Positions 37,145 through 49,914 of a DNA stretch of 64,000 nucleotides are shown one piece after another. The stretch's first letter is position 1; each line of letters begins with the position of its first letter. A program made the translations under genes and the position numbers. A model generated the notes under the pieces. The model was not told the origin of the DNA. It searched no databases and saw only the letters and a program-made list of their open reading frames with translations. This DNA comes from Octopus vulgaris (taxonomy: Eukaryota): positions 30,132,001-30,196,000 of the forward strand of contig OX597840.1 of the NCBI GenBank assembly GCA_951406725.2, read 5' to 3'.

Positions 37145-37769
37145 ATTTATAAATATAAATTATTAATATAAAATTTTTAACTTTAAATTTAAATAATTTA
37201 AATTTTGAACTTTATATTTTATATATTTTGTATATTATATTAATTAATTTTATTTCTATGTTTTGGTTTATGTTTTTCACTGTTTGATTTGCCTAATAGT
37301 TGTTTTATATCTAATCTAATTTATATATATATATATATATACATACATACATATATGTGTGTGTGGATTTCTATGAAGTCCGCATAGAAATTAGATTATT
37401 TTAATTATTATCTAAATATATGTGTGAGCGTGTGAATTTCTATGAAGTTTACATACAAGTTAAATCATTTTAATCAAAAGTATAAGCATGGCCATGTGGT
37501 TAAGAAGTTCAATTTGCAACCATACAGTTTTGGACTCAATATTACTGTATAGCAGCTTCAGAAAATTAATTTTACAATAGTCCGCTGCTAATCAATGCCT
37601 TGTGAGTGAATTTGGTGGATGGAAACTGTGTTGAAGCTTCCACACAGTTGTCCCCCTTGTCACCCACACTTCAAGTCACACCTTCTCATTCTGGTCACTT
37701 CAATATACCTTGATTGTTTAACTCAGTCATGTTCTTTTCCAATCCATCTTTTCTCTCTTTTCATCTATC

Positions 37770-37805
37770 CTTTCTGAAGAAGAGCATAGGCTTGAAACAT
37801 CAAAG
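37770..37805 (+). ncRNA. minimal hammerhead motif
   Basis: CTTT-CTGAAGA-A-GAGC-ATAG-GCTT-GAA-ACAT-C-AAAG; related to the 27663-27698 family. Confidence 0.6.
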
Positions 37806-37990
37806 ACTTCTTCAGTTTTCCTTGAGCATTAACCTAATACACCATGTTTATTTTACTTTCAATTTGTCTTTGTGTTGTCTTCATTTTTAGACCATACATA
37901 TGTACATGCACACACACACACACACACATGGGTGCATGTGTGTGCGTGTATATATCAATCAAAGTGTACAGTATTATATATCCATTATGA

Positions 37991-38079
37991 GCATTCTTAC
38001 TAGTCAGTTTCATGCAAGCATTTCAGCAGAGTGTTAGGTAAGAGCCCGATTATGTATCCCTGCACTCTTCAGAGATGGC
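37991..38079 (-). ncRNA. type I hammerhead motif with long loop II, intact core
   Basis: GCCATCT-CTGAAGA-GTGCA...TGCAT-GAA-ACTGACTAGT-A-AGAATGC. Confidence 0.6.
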
Positions 38080-38389
38080 ATGTAGGAAGAGTGAAATATG
38101 ACAACTGCTCTCTATAGAGAACCCCTAACACAAAACCGATTGGTAAGAGAGGCCATAATGGATATAATACTGTAAACTTCAATTAATATACCTACTCTAT
38201 TGACAAATATAAAAGTACCAATTTTTCTGACTTATGGATTCTTAGATAGTATGTATTTATGTATGTATGTTTGCATGCATACAGGCATGCATGCAAGCAA
38301 CACACTTCTTTCAGTTTCTGTCAGCCAAATCCACTGACAAGACTTTGGATGGCTATAATAGAAAAATACTTGCCTAAGATACCACCCTG

Positions 38390-38646
38390 TGGAGGTGTGT
38401 GGCTTAGTGGTTAGGGTGTCAGCATCATGATCCTAAGTTTGTGGTTTCGATTCCTGGACCAGGTGATCTGTCGTGTTCTTGAGCAAAACACTTCATTTCA
38501 TGTCACTCCAGTCCACTCACCTGGCAAAAATGAGTAACGCTGCGATGGACTGGCGTCCCGTCAAGCTGGGGAACACATACACCACAGAAACTGGGAAACC
38601 GGGCCCATGAGCCTGGCTAGGCTTTAAAAGGGTGCATTTATTTATT
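38390..38646 (+). mobile_element. CORE-like tRNA SINE with (ATTT)n tail
   Basis: A-box TGGCTTAGTGG, B-box GTTTCGATTCC, GTGTTCTTGAGCAAAACACTT domain; 15-bp TSD TAAGATACCACCCTG at 38375-38389 and 38647-38661. Confidence 0.85.
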
Positions 38647-38875
38647 TAAGATACCACCCTGGCCAGCTGGCTGGGGCACTCTGTCAGTTACGATGACAAG
38701 GGTTACAACTGATTTGATCAACAGAACAGCCTGCTCTTGAAATTAATGTGCAAGTGGCTGAGCCCTCCACAGACATTTGAACCCTTAATGGAGTTCTCAG
38801 GATGATTCAGCAATGTGACAAGGTTGGCCTGTTTTGAAATACAGTTACAACTCATTTTTGCCAGCTGAGTGGACT

Positions 38876-39282
38876 CTCTCTTTTACTCTTTTACTTGTTT
38901 CAGTCATTTGACTGAGGCCATGCTGGAGCACCGCCTTTAATCGAGCAACTCGACCCCGGGACTTATTCTTTTGTAAGCCCAGTACTTATTCTATCAGTCT
39001 CTTTTGCCGAACAGCTAAGTAACAGGGACATAAACAAACCAGCATCGGTTGTCAAGCAATGCTAGGAGGACAAACACAGACACACAAACACACACATGCA
39101 TATATATATATATATACATATATATGACGGGCTTCTTTCAGTTTCCGTCTACCAAATCCACTCACAAGGCTTTGGTCAGCCCGAGGCTATAGTAGAAGAC
39201 ACTTGCCCAAGGTGCCACACAGTGGGACTGAACCCGGAACCATGTGGTTGGTAAACAAGCTACTTACTACACAGCAACTCCT
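38876..39282 (-). mobile_element. SINE-A nested in an older CORE-like SINE (38665-38875 plus 39283-39392)
   Basis: Host sequence GCTGAGTGGACT|GGAGCAA rejoins across the insertion. Confidence 0.85.
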
Positions 39283-39671
39283 GGAGCAATAAAGTGAAAT
39301 AAAGTGTCTTGGTCAAGGACACAAAACACCACTAGGAATCGAACTCAAAACTTTACACTCATGAACCAAATACACTTACCACGAAGCCACACTGTAGAAC
39401 TGACCCCCAAAGCCATTTATTAAGGAAGCAAATATCTAAATCACACAACTAAGAAAGGTTTACATATTTGCCACATTTCGGAATGTTTGTTTTATTGCAT
39501 AAATTTTTGAAGAGCCAGCAGGGCTTACTTTCCAAATTGAAGTTGTCTTTTATTCCAGCCTTGGGATGAACCAAGAATTGTGAAATTTTGGAAATATTCT
39601 TTTGTGTGAAATAATGTCATAGTTACATAATACACACATCTAAATGCCTGCATTATATATGCACTTCTTTC

Positions 39672-39673
39672 TG

Positions 39674-39719
<46 letters not shown>

Positions 39720-39740
39720 TACATATATATATATATGTAG

Positions 39741-39775
<35 letters not shown>

Positions 39776-39980
39776 TGCATACATATATATACATATATAT
39801 ATGTAGGTGCATATATGTATATATATATATATGTTTATTTGTCGACATATATGTATGTTTGTATGTGTATATGTGTAGATGTTTATGCATATAGATGTAT
39901 GTATTTTTTATGTATGAAGGTATGTGTACATATGTGTATGTATGTTTATATTTTGAATGTATGTGTGCGTATGTTTGTAA

Positions 39981-40034
<54 letters not shown>

Positions 40035-40180
40035 ATAGATATATATGCATACACATAACTATTATGATATTTGCATGTGCGTACATGAATGTTCATGTAT
40101 GTATGTGTGTATGTATTATATACATACACATTATTATTATTATTGCCTTTATTGTTGCTACGATTATTATTATTATTATT

Positions 40181-40215
<35 letters not shown>

Positions 40216-40340
40216 TATTATTATTATTATTATAATCATTATTATTATTATTATTATTATGTACATATATTTGCATGTGTGTACAGAAATGTATATACAA
40301 GTATGTGTGTGTATATGTATGTGTGTGTATATGTATGTGG
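39672..40340. repeat. compound (TA)/(TG)/(ATT)/(CAT) microsatellite
   Basis: Directly visible. Confidence 0.9.
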
Positions 40341-40564
40341 GTATAACTTGTCAAATAAAATAATAATGTTAAATAGTTGTGCAAACTGTTGGAAAGTTTT
40401 GATAAAAAGATTTATTTGATAACAGAAAATGCTAAACTATTATTTTTTTTTTTTTAGAGATATGTTCAAAATTACACTTAAATTCATTCTCAACAATCAT
40501 TTTGTTGTTGTTATTGTTATAAATTTGCGTATCCATTGTTGTTTTTTATTTTTGTTGTGACAAA

Positions 40565-40694
40565 CCTCTTACATATGTTTTTTTCTTTTTTTCATTTTAG
40601 GTAAGACTTTGTTTTATTAAATTTGTCAGCTTAGATTCAAGGAATTATTCATGTAAATTTCTTACAAAAGCCTTCTTTACTCTGTACAGTAAGT
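40565..40694 (+). promoter_or_regulatory. candidate recursive splice site (polypyrimidine-AG|GTAAGA) with a downstream donor
   Basis: TTTTTTTCTTTTTTTCATTTTAG|GTAAGA at 40600/40601; GTAAGT at 40689. Confidence 0.4.
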
Positions 40695-41503
40695 AGTTCT
40701 TCCTTTTATTACCATTTTTTTGGTTCTTTTTTTGATTTTTAAATCAATTGAATTCTGTTTTTTTTTTAAGAATATTTTTGCTGTAACAATTTTTTTACTG
40801 CATTTCTGATTGACTTGGTAATCCCCAACTACGAGATAAAAATAGATTATCAATAAAAAAAAAACAACAACACAAAACCAAAATAACTCTTTGATATAAA
40901 TTGCTTACCAGCAGGATTAGGAAATTTTCATAAACAATTTGTTTATGAAAACTTTATCAGGAAAGAGACTTTGAGGAGCAAAACAAAACATTTTTGAAAT
41001 TGTGAAAAATTTGAACACACACATAAACAAAAATATGGACGTATGTGTAAATTTCTTTATGTGTATAGATGTATAAACATCAGTGTCTTTAAGTGAATTT
41101 ATCAAGGGCCCTCTTCTTCTCGCAGACTAAACACGCAAATGTGTATATTTGCAAGGATTGGCAGCATCTGCAACTTTGAATATTTGTCAAAGAATGCTGA
41201 AGAGTGTCTTCATCATGGAATTGAACACGAAGATTAGAAAAGCTTTGTAAACGAAACAATTTTTTTTAAATAATGAAAAATTCAAACATACACATATACA
41301 CATATGTACGTGTATTTGCTGCTATAGTTAGATATAAAAGAATATCAATATGTCTTAGTAAATTTAAGAAGGGCTCTCTTCTTAAAGACTAAATATCATG
41401 CCGACATCTATATTTGTAAGGATAAACTGCTTCTGCAGTCTTGAATATTTGTTGTAATTTGGTGAATGAGTGCATTTGACATGAATTGAAATATGAAGCA
41501 AAG

Positions 41504-41673
41504 ATGCAGGAGTGGCTGTGTGGTAAATAGCTTGCTAACAAACCACATGGTTCCGGGTTCAGTCCCACTGCGTGGCATCTTGGGCAAGTGTCTTCTGCTA
41601 TAGCCCCAGGCCGACCAATGCCTTGTGAGTGGATTTGGTAGACAGAAACTGAAAGAAGCCTGTCGTATATATG

Positions 41674-41704
<31 letters not shown>

Positions 41705-41921
41705 TTGCGTGTCTGTGTTTGTCCTCCTAGCATTGCTTGAAAACCGATGCTGGTGTGCTTATGCCCCCATCACTTAGCGGTTCGGCAAAAAGAGACCGAT
41801 AGAATAAGTACTGGGCTTACAAAGAATAAGTCCCAGGGTCGATTTGCTCGACTAAAGCCGGTGCTCCAGCATGGCCGCAGTCAAATGACTGAAACAAGTA
41901 AAAGAGTAAAAGAGTAAAGAG
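41504..41921 (+). mobile_element. SINE-A
   Basis: Consensus match. Confidence 0.9.
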
Positions 41922-42589
41922 TATGCAATCAGCTTTTTATAAATATTTAACGAATGATGCAATCTTACACAACCAAAGCAAAAAAACCCGATGAAACCAT
42001 GAGTGTGAAATTTCTTTAACACTTTAACATTTAAGCCAGCCACTGGCTTGGCTGGCTTTGTGCTCTTGCTTTATGGTGCCGGGGTCATTCCAAGTTAGTG
42101 ATCCTAGAAGCATCATCATATGCAGAGCTGACCAGGTCCACCAGTGCTGTCCATTGCTGGTGGTGGTGGTCACATGCCAGCTCCTCTGCATCCTTCAAAG
42201 TGATGCCAAGCTTCTGGAAATCTCACCCAATCACATCCAGTCCAAATATTCAACATGTTTTATTTTAAAACTGACCAGGACTTAACCTCTCACACCTATC
42301 CTATGAGTCATTTTTAAAAAATAACACCACATCATTGATATCTTGAAGCTATAAGATAATCCATGATTAATTCAAAGCAATGTGAACGAATAAGCATTGC
42401 ATTTGACAAAGAAATCTAAATCCAAAAGGGTTGATGCTGTTGCAAAATCATTAAAAAATATATATTTCACTCAATATTGACCAACATTTCTCAATGAAGG
42501 ACATTGTCCAAATGCTGGATTTTCCACTCACCATTGCAAATTCACTGTAAACTTTCAATCGATTTTACAAAAAATGTGTGTGTGTGAAT

Positions 42590-42880
42590 GCAGATGGCCT
42601 GGTGATTAAGTAATTCTACTCATCATTGATAGATCATAAGATTGATTCCTGGACTGGGTGGTACATTGTGTTCTTGAGCAAAACACTTCATTTCACGTTG
42701 CTCCAGTCCACTCAGCTGTAAATGGATAACCTTATCCTAATGACAGAATAGCCTTCTGATCAGAGGGAGTTTTGGCTTACTCACCTAGCCAGCAAGTTTG
42801 CATCATTTGAATGCTAAAACAATGCAGAACGCATTGTCACCGGTAGTGTATAACAACATTTGATACCATGATGCAGTGAT
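42590..42880 (+). mobile_element. old CORE-like tRNA SINE sharing its tail with 541-853
   Basis: TGTGTTCTTGAGCAAAACACTTCATTTCACGTTGCTCCAGTCCACTCAGC plus GCTAAAACAATGCAGAACGCATTG. Confidence 0.65.
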
Positions 42881-43477
42881 ATAAATAAATATATAGGTAT
42901 GATTGGATGTGCTTGATGCTCAATAATTACATCACATGGGTTTCTGCTCTGGTGTTAAATACGTTAAACTCTTACCATCAGTTGTACCTGCAGGTTGTCT
43001 GTATCTCAGAGTGGGCTATGATGTAATACGAATAACACAATAATAATAAGAGGACCTGGGCATAACTTCATACTCCTTTATTCCACTCCTAACATATGCT
43101 TCAGTAGTCAGCAACAATCAAATATCTGACAGTGTGTTTGCTCCATGCTGGCCCTATAAGCTGAATCTACATGTAGCATCTATAGTGTGACATAATGTTG
43201 CTGGCTACTGAAACATATGTAACAACTGGAATAAAGAAGTACCAAGTTATGCCCATGCTCTTTTCGTTTATTTTAACTAGCAGCACCTGTGAATATTTCA
43301 CAGAATTAATGGTGAACCGAAAGGGTTATTTCTGAAACCTTTATCCCAAAAACCTGAAAGCATGGCCTATGTTGTGTCTGTATCAAAAGATAGTCGCTCA
43401 TCTGTTAATCACTGAAAAGCAAAGGAAATTGGAATATGATGAGTACTGAATGCACTTTATACTTACATTTTATATAC

Positions 43478-43737
43478 ACTAGCGGTATAGCCCGGCGTTG
43501 CTCGGGTTTGTTTCGACCCTTTACGATTGGAATTTTTGAAAAGTAAAAATTGTGCATTATGTAGCTTGTTATTCTCTTTAAGTGAACGTTTTTCTGGTTG
43601 AAATACACCGATAAATAGCGGCACAGCAGTCAAAAAATCGTAAAAAATAGGGATTTTCATAGAATAAAAAGGACATAGTGTTAGTTGAAGGCTATCTGCC
43701 ATACACAGACAACTTCAGCTTTATATATAGAGAGATT
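43478..43737 (+). mobile_element. Helentron/Helitron-associated non-autonomous element (DINE/HINE-like)
   Basis: Begins ACTAG followed by the hairpin CCCGGCGTTGCTCGGG and ends CTTTATATATAGAGAGAT, the typical terminal pattern of these elements. Confidence 0.6.
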
Positions 43738-44009
43738 ATGCTCAATTTTATAGACTTAATACACAGCACTCTCCTTCTTCATCTCTCTCTTTGCCTTGCT
43801 CTCTTTTCCTCTCTCCTTTTTCCTTTGCTCTTTGCCTTTCCCTTCAGCTAATCATGTAAAACCATTATGGACAGGCAAAGTAACAGGCAAAAAACTTAGT
43901 TAAAAAAAAATAATTACATATTTCACTCACCACCACCTCTCCTCCCCTTTTCATTAATTATGAGAAAGTGTTATGGATGGGCAAAGTAACTGAGGAACAA
44001 GCAGAATTA

Positions 44010-44395
44010 TTACTCTTTTACTTGTGTCAGTCATTTGACTGTGGCCATGCAGAAGCAAATCGACCCCAGGACCTATTTTTTGTAAGCCTAGTACTTATTC
44101 TATCAGACTCTTTTGCCAAACTGCTAAGTTACAGGGACGTAAACACACCAGCATCAGTTGTCAAGCGATGTTGGGGTGACAAATACACATAAATATATAT
44201 ACACACACACATATATATATACATATATACATCGGGCTTCTTCTCAGTTTTCATCTACCAAATCCACTCACAAGGCCTTGGTCGGCCCGAGGCCATAGCA
44301 GAAGACACTTGCCCAAGGTGCCACGCAGTGGGACTGAACTCGGAGTCATGTGGTTGGTAAGCAAGCTACTTACCACACAGCCACTCCTGCGCCTA
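44010..44395 (-). mobile_element. SINE-A
   Basis: Consensus match. Confidence 0.85.
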
Positions 44396-44511
44396 TTATG
44401 AGATTATATATATTTAAATGTGTGTGTTCTACACTCACAAAACCTTTAGTGATGTGGAGCCGAGTCAAACTAATATCAGATTTGTGCGTGTATGTATGTG
44501 TGTGTATGTGT

Positions 44512-44569
<58 letters not shown>

Positions 44570-44874
44570 TTCGGTAAGATTGAGGTTACTAAAACAACTA
44601 GAGAATTCAACAACCAAACTAACAGAGGAACAATTTCTTTTGCAACATAATTGGACAGTATTTACGAGTGTTGCCCAAATTGTATTCAAATTTATGACTG
44701 GTTATTTGGAAGAATATTTTTGTTACTATGCATAATATTATGGAATATGGCGTACATGCAATGATGGTGGTTCAACTTTTAACCAAGTTATTGATGCATA
44801 GACAAAATAATGAAATGAATATTAATTTTAAAAAGAAAATATATTTATTAAATTAAAATAATATGAAGCAAACA

Positions 44875-45276
44875 TAGGCATAGGAGTGGCTGTGTGGTAA
44901 GTAGCTTGCTTACCAACCACATGGTTCCGGGTTCAGTCCCACTGCGTGGCACCTTTGGCAAGTGTCTTCTACTATAGCCTCGGGCCGACGAAAGCCTTGT
45001 GAGTGGATTTGGTAGACGGAAACTGAAAGAATCCCGTCGTATGTATGTATATGAATATTTATATGTGTGTGTTTGTGTGTCTGTGTTCGTCCCCCCAACA
45101 TCGCTTGACAACCAAAGCTGGTGTGTTTATGTCCCCATAACTTAGCGGTTCAGCAAAAGAGACCGATAGAATAAGTACTAGGCTAACAAAAAATAAGTCC
45201 TGGGGTCAATTTGCTTGACTAAAAGCAGTGCTCCAGCATGGCCACAGTCAAATGACTGAAACAAGTATAAGAGTAA
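44875..45276 (+). mobile_element. SINE-A
   Basis: Consensus match. Confidence 0.9.
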
Positions 45277-45377
45277 ACAAATTTCTCTTTTGCCTAATCA
45301 CTCTGTCATTTAATCCTTTGTTGGTTCTTTGGTTCTTGCGCTGAATTTGTAACATTCCTTTACTCGTCACCTTTACA

Positions 45378-45598
45378 AGGCTGTCAGCTGGCAGAATCGT
45401 TAGCACACCGAATGAAATGCTTAGTGGTATTTCGCCTGCCGCTACGTTCTGAATTTAAATTCCGCTGAGGTCGACTTTGCCTTTCGTTGATTAAATAAGT
45501 ACCAGTTACGCACTGGGGTCAATGTAATTGGCTTAATCCCTTTGTCTGTCCTTGTTTGTCTCCTCTATGTTTAGCCCTTGTAGGCAATAAAGAAATAA
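45378..45598 (+). mobile_element. SINE-B monomer with head
   Basis: AGCTGGCAGAATCGTTAGCAC head and AAGAAATA tail. Confidence 0.8.
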
Positions 45599-45625
45599 GA
45601 AACTGAAAGAAGCCTGATGTTGTAT

Positions 45626-45662
<37 letters not shown>

Positions 45663-45668
<6 letters not shown>

Positions 45669-45830
45669 GCTTAAAGCTTATAAGAGACCTCCGTGCAATG
45701 ACTAAAGAAAATAGTCTAATAATGGGGTATATAAACCTTCAACAGAAAAACGTAGGGCTTATATATCCCACTATTAGACTATTTTCTCTCGTCATTGCAC
45801 AATGATCCCATATTAGCTCTAAGCTTATAA
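45663..45830. repeat. imperfect inverted repeat (~75-bp arms) in (TA)n
   Basis: GTGCAATGAC..AAAATAGTCTAATAATGGGGTATATAA versus TTATATATCCCACTATTAGACTATTTT..GTCATTGCAC. Confidence 0.8.
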
Positions 45831-45919
45831 AATATTATCGTTATTATTTAAGGAATTACAAAAATTGATGCTGCTTAGCAAAAACCATCGCAGATATATA
45901 TATATATATATATATATCA

Positions 45920-46165
45920 ATCATCATCATCGTTTAACGTCCGTTTTCCATGCTAGCATGGGTTGGACGATTTGACTGAGGACTGGCAAACCAGATGGCT
46001 GCACCAGGCTCCAGTCTTGATCTGGCATAGTTTCTACAGCTGGATGCCCTTCCTAACGCCAACCACTCCAAGAGTGTAGAGGGTGCTTTTTACATGGCCA
46101 CCTGCATGGGGCCAGTCAGGCAGTACTGGCAATGACCTTGCTTGAATCTTTTTACATGTGCCAGT
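45920..46165 (-). mobile_element. repeat C
   Basis: Consensus match. Confidence 0.8.
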
Positions 46166-46290
46166 GCCCTATGCTAAACTTTTTGCTGTATCACAAAATG
46201 CAGTGAATGGCTTTCTTATGGGTTTGAGTATGTTTGCAGCATATTTGAATTGCTTCAGCTTTGAGGACATCACTGCTTAAGGCTTCCAAA

Positions 46291-46446
<156 letters not shown>

Positions 46447-46475
46447 TAGTAGGTTTGGAGATGATGCACAGGTAT

Positions 46476-46702
46476 TATATATTAGAAGAAATGAGGTACT
46501 CAGAAATCTGGATGGTTTTATATTTACAGATATTTATTAACATGTCACATGTTTATTAACATGTCACATGTTTATTAATATGCCACATGTTTATTGATAT
46601 GCCACATGTTTATTAATATGCCACATGTTTATTAAAAACATGTCACATATTAATAAATATCTGTAAATATAAAACCATCCAGATTTCTGAGTACCTCATT
46701 TC

Positions 46703-46714
<12 letters not shown>
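46476..46714. repeat. 65-bp inverted repeat enclosing a 19-bp tandem array
   Basis: Arms 46476-46540 and 46650-46714; spacer (YATGYCACATGTTTATTRA)x5; third arm copy at about 47160-47225. Confidence 0.85.
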
Positions 46715-46754
<40 letters not shown>

Positions 46755-46758
<4 letters not shown>

Positions 46759-47158
46759 CGCAGGAGTGGCTGTGTGGTAAGTAGCTTGCTAACCAACCAC
46801 ATGGTTCCGGGTTCAGTCCCACTGCGTGGCATCTTGGGCAAGTGTCTTCTGCTATAGCCTCGGGCCGACCAATGCCTTGTGAGTGGATTTGGTAGACGGA
46901 AACTGAAAGAAGCCTGTCGTATATATGTGTGTGTGTGTGTGTTTGTGTGTCTGTGTTTGTCCCCCTAGCATTGCTTAACAACCGATGCTGGTGTGTTTAC
47001 GTCCCCGTTACTTAGCAGTTCGGCAAAAGAGAGCGATAGAATAAGTACTGGGCTTACAAAAGAATAAGTCCCGGGATCGAATTGCTCGATTAAAGGCGGT
47101 GCTCCAGCATGGCCACAGTCAAATGACTGAAACAAGTAAAAGAGTAAAGAGTAAGAGT
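46755..47158 (+). mobile_element. SINE-A
   Basis: Consensus match. Confidence 0.9.
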
Positions 47159-47629
47159 ATATTAATAAATATCTGTAAATATAAAGCCATCCAGATTTTT
47201 GAGTACCTCATTTCTTCTAAAATATATATATATATGATAACAAAATAATAAATAAAATGTATACATATATACATACATATGTACATATATGTATGTATAT
47301 ATGCATATGTTTTATTTATTATTTTGTTATTATATGATCGAACGCCATGCATCCACTTCCAAGTAAGTTATATATATATATATATGTATGTATATGTAAT
47401 AATTAGGATTCAAATGAATCAGGCACTTAAATAATAAGGCACCGGGTTGGGTGGAAAAGCAAAATGTGCACGCAACAAAAATAGAGGAATACATACGTGG
47501 ATACCAAATTACAGGCAGAAAGATATTCAGGTTATATATATAATTAACTGTACCTGACTGAATATATCAATAGCCCTGAGGCTAATCAAGAAACACACAT
47601 TGTACTAAAAGCACAGTCCATCATATATT

Positions 47630-47827
47630 TTGGGAAAGTTTACGAAAATACACAAAAGACGAAGGCAGGTGGTGTACAAACAAACAAATGTATCAGTATG
47701 GCGCTCAGGAATAGAAAAAGTCTTTTACATTTCGAGCCTACGCTCTTCGACAGAAAGATACACAGAAAAATAAGGAGAGAAACAAGGAGAGAAAAAAATG
47801 CGTGTAGGAGCTAACGATCTATCATGG
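47630..47827 (-). mobile_element. Penelope-pLTR-like repeat with a variant hammerhead (47722-47757)
   Basis: Minus strand: CTTT-CTGTCGA-A-GAGC-GTAG-GCTC-GAA-ATGT-A-AAAG. Confidence 0.65.
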
Positions 47828-48057
47828 TCTTACTTTGATCCTATATTCTACCACTACCAACTCTTACCTTTCCTCGACGGACACTACCTCTCCATTGGAT
47901 TTTTTTACCTCTAAGGACACCTACCCTCTGGCTGCACCTCTCCTACACGGATCAAAGTGACTTTGTTATTGACATAATATATTTTGGATCTACAAAAGGA
48001 GCAGGTTCCAAAAGAGGTGAACAATAAGTGAATAGCAACAGATGGATACAATATCAG

Positions 48058-48142
48058 TTCACTACAGCTGTTTCCAATGAGTTTCTTAATTGATTAATGG
48101 AGACATTACTTCATTAGGCAAGAACTATTTTCATCAAGTGAA
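48058..48142 (-). ncRNA. hammerhead motif with long stem-loop II (C3-to-U)
   Basis: TTCAC-TTGATGA-...-GAA-ACAGCTGT-A-GTGAA. Confidence 0.6.
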
Positions 48143-48573
48143 TTCATGTGCCACAACATTTAAAAACATTCAATGATAGAAACTAGTAAAAGATAAAAGA
48201 TAAATGGCAGATTTTAAAATGTTTCTCACAAATCATTGTTTGAAGATGAAGCAAGGACAAATATTAACAAAATCAGCTTCTATCTTGATTTAATTTTAAT
48301 CAAGATGGAAACTGTATAAGCTGTATTGAGGAGGGATAAACATGGTTAAACAATGTTTAGTTCAACCAAACAAAGACATTGAAACCAATGAAACTATGAT
48401 TTTTTTCTAAAAACAAAAAACAAACAGAACCAAAGATAGTTATTTTTTATAAATGCTAAAGTTTCATTTAATTAACGAATTTTTGCAACAGGCAATTTTG
48501 TACTGAGAATTAACACTCTGATGAAAGAAGGAAGATATTTTTAACAAAAAAAAAAATTTTTATAATTTGGATA

Positions 48574-48966
48574 TAGGCGCAGGAGTGGCTGTGTGGTAAG
48601 TAGCTTGCTAACCAACCACATGGTTCCGGGTTCAGTCCCACTGTGTGGCATCTCGGGCAAGTGTCTTCTGCTATAGCCCCGGGCCAACCAATGCCTTGTG
48701 AGTGGATTTGGTAGACGGAAACTGACAGAAGCCTGTCGTATATATGTATGTGTGTATATGTGTTTATGTGTCTGTGTTTGACCCCCTAGCATTGCTTGAC
48801 AACCGATGCTGGTGTGTTTACGTCCCTGTCACTTATCGGTTCAGCAAAAGAGACCGATAGAATGAGTACTGGGCTTACAAAAGAATAAGTCCCGGGGTCG
48901 ATTTGCTCGACTAAAGGTGGTGCTCCAGCATGGCCGCAGTCAAATGACTGAAACGTGTAAAAGAGT
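48574..48966 (+). mobile_element. SINE-A
   Basis: Consensus match. Confidence 0.9.
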
Positions 48967-49115
48967 ATATGTAGGTACAGGTTTGGCTGTGTGGTTAAGA
49001 AGCTTGCTTTGCAACCCTGTGGTTTTGGGTTCAGTCCCACTGTATGGCAACTTGGTCAAGTGGCTTCTACTATAGCCCTAGTGAATTTCATAAATGGAAA
49101 GTGTATGGAAGCCCA

Positions 49116-49167
<52 letters not shown>

Positions 49168-49472
49168 CAGTTTAAATACAAACCTTGATTCTGATACATT
49201 CTATATAAATTCCCTACTGGGAATGACCAACTTTAAGAGAATCTTACATTGCTTATAAACTTTATATCTGGATGGACTCATATTAAACTCTGTTGGACTT
49301 TTGGATTTTACTTAAAGGATATTGGAATATTACACATATATACCATTCTGCCTATAAAACGGATTTATGAACTCAATAACCATACATATCTTGCATCTAT
49401 TTTATTTCCTCCACCTCACTCTGTTTTGTATCACGTCTAAACTAACTATGACTTAACTTTTCCTCTCACACC

Positions 49473-49524
49473 GTCTCCGATGAAGGGATATTATTAATTA
49501 ATATCCTGGAAATAGCTGTGAGAC
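49473..49524 (+). ncRNA. mutated hammerhead motif (paralog of 34053-34107)
   Basis: GTCT-CCGATGA-AGGGATATT...AATATCCTG-GAA-ATAGCTGT-G-AGAC; U4-to-C and G at the cleavage position. Confidence 0.55.
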
Positions 49525-49591
49525 ATTCTATCTATAAATGCTCTAATATCTATACAGCCTTGGATTTTTTATCTCATTACACAAAAAAATC

Positions 49592-49628
<37 letters not shown>

Positions 49629-49914
49629 GTAAAGCCCTTACCTCATCCCTGTGGTCATGAATGACCATGGAAAGTGCTTCTAGAAAGTTCTTCTCTGTGG
49701 CACAAGTCCAGGCAAGGTTGTTTGTGGAAAAGACAATCATGAGGTTGTGGAAAAGAGCCCAGCCAAATTATTACCAGACAATGTAAGACAACATAATTTC
49801 TGGGGTCAAATTGTTTGACCGAAACCCTTCAAGGTGATTCTCCAGTATGGCCAGTGTAATAAGTGAAACAAGTAGAAGACAAATAAAAAATAAAACGTGT
49901 TGGCGTTTTCTTTA

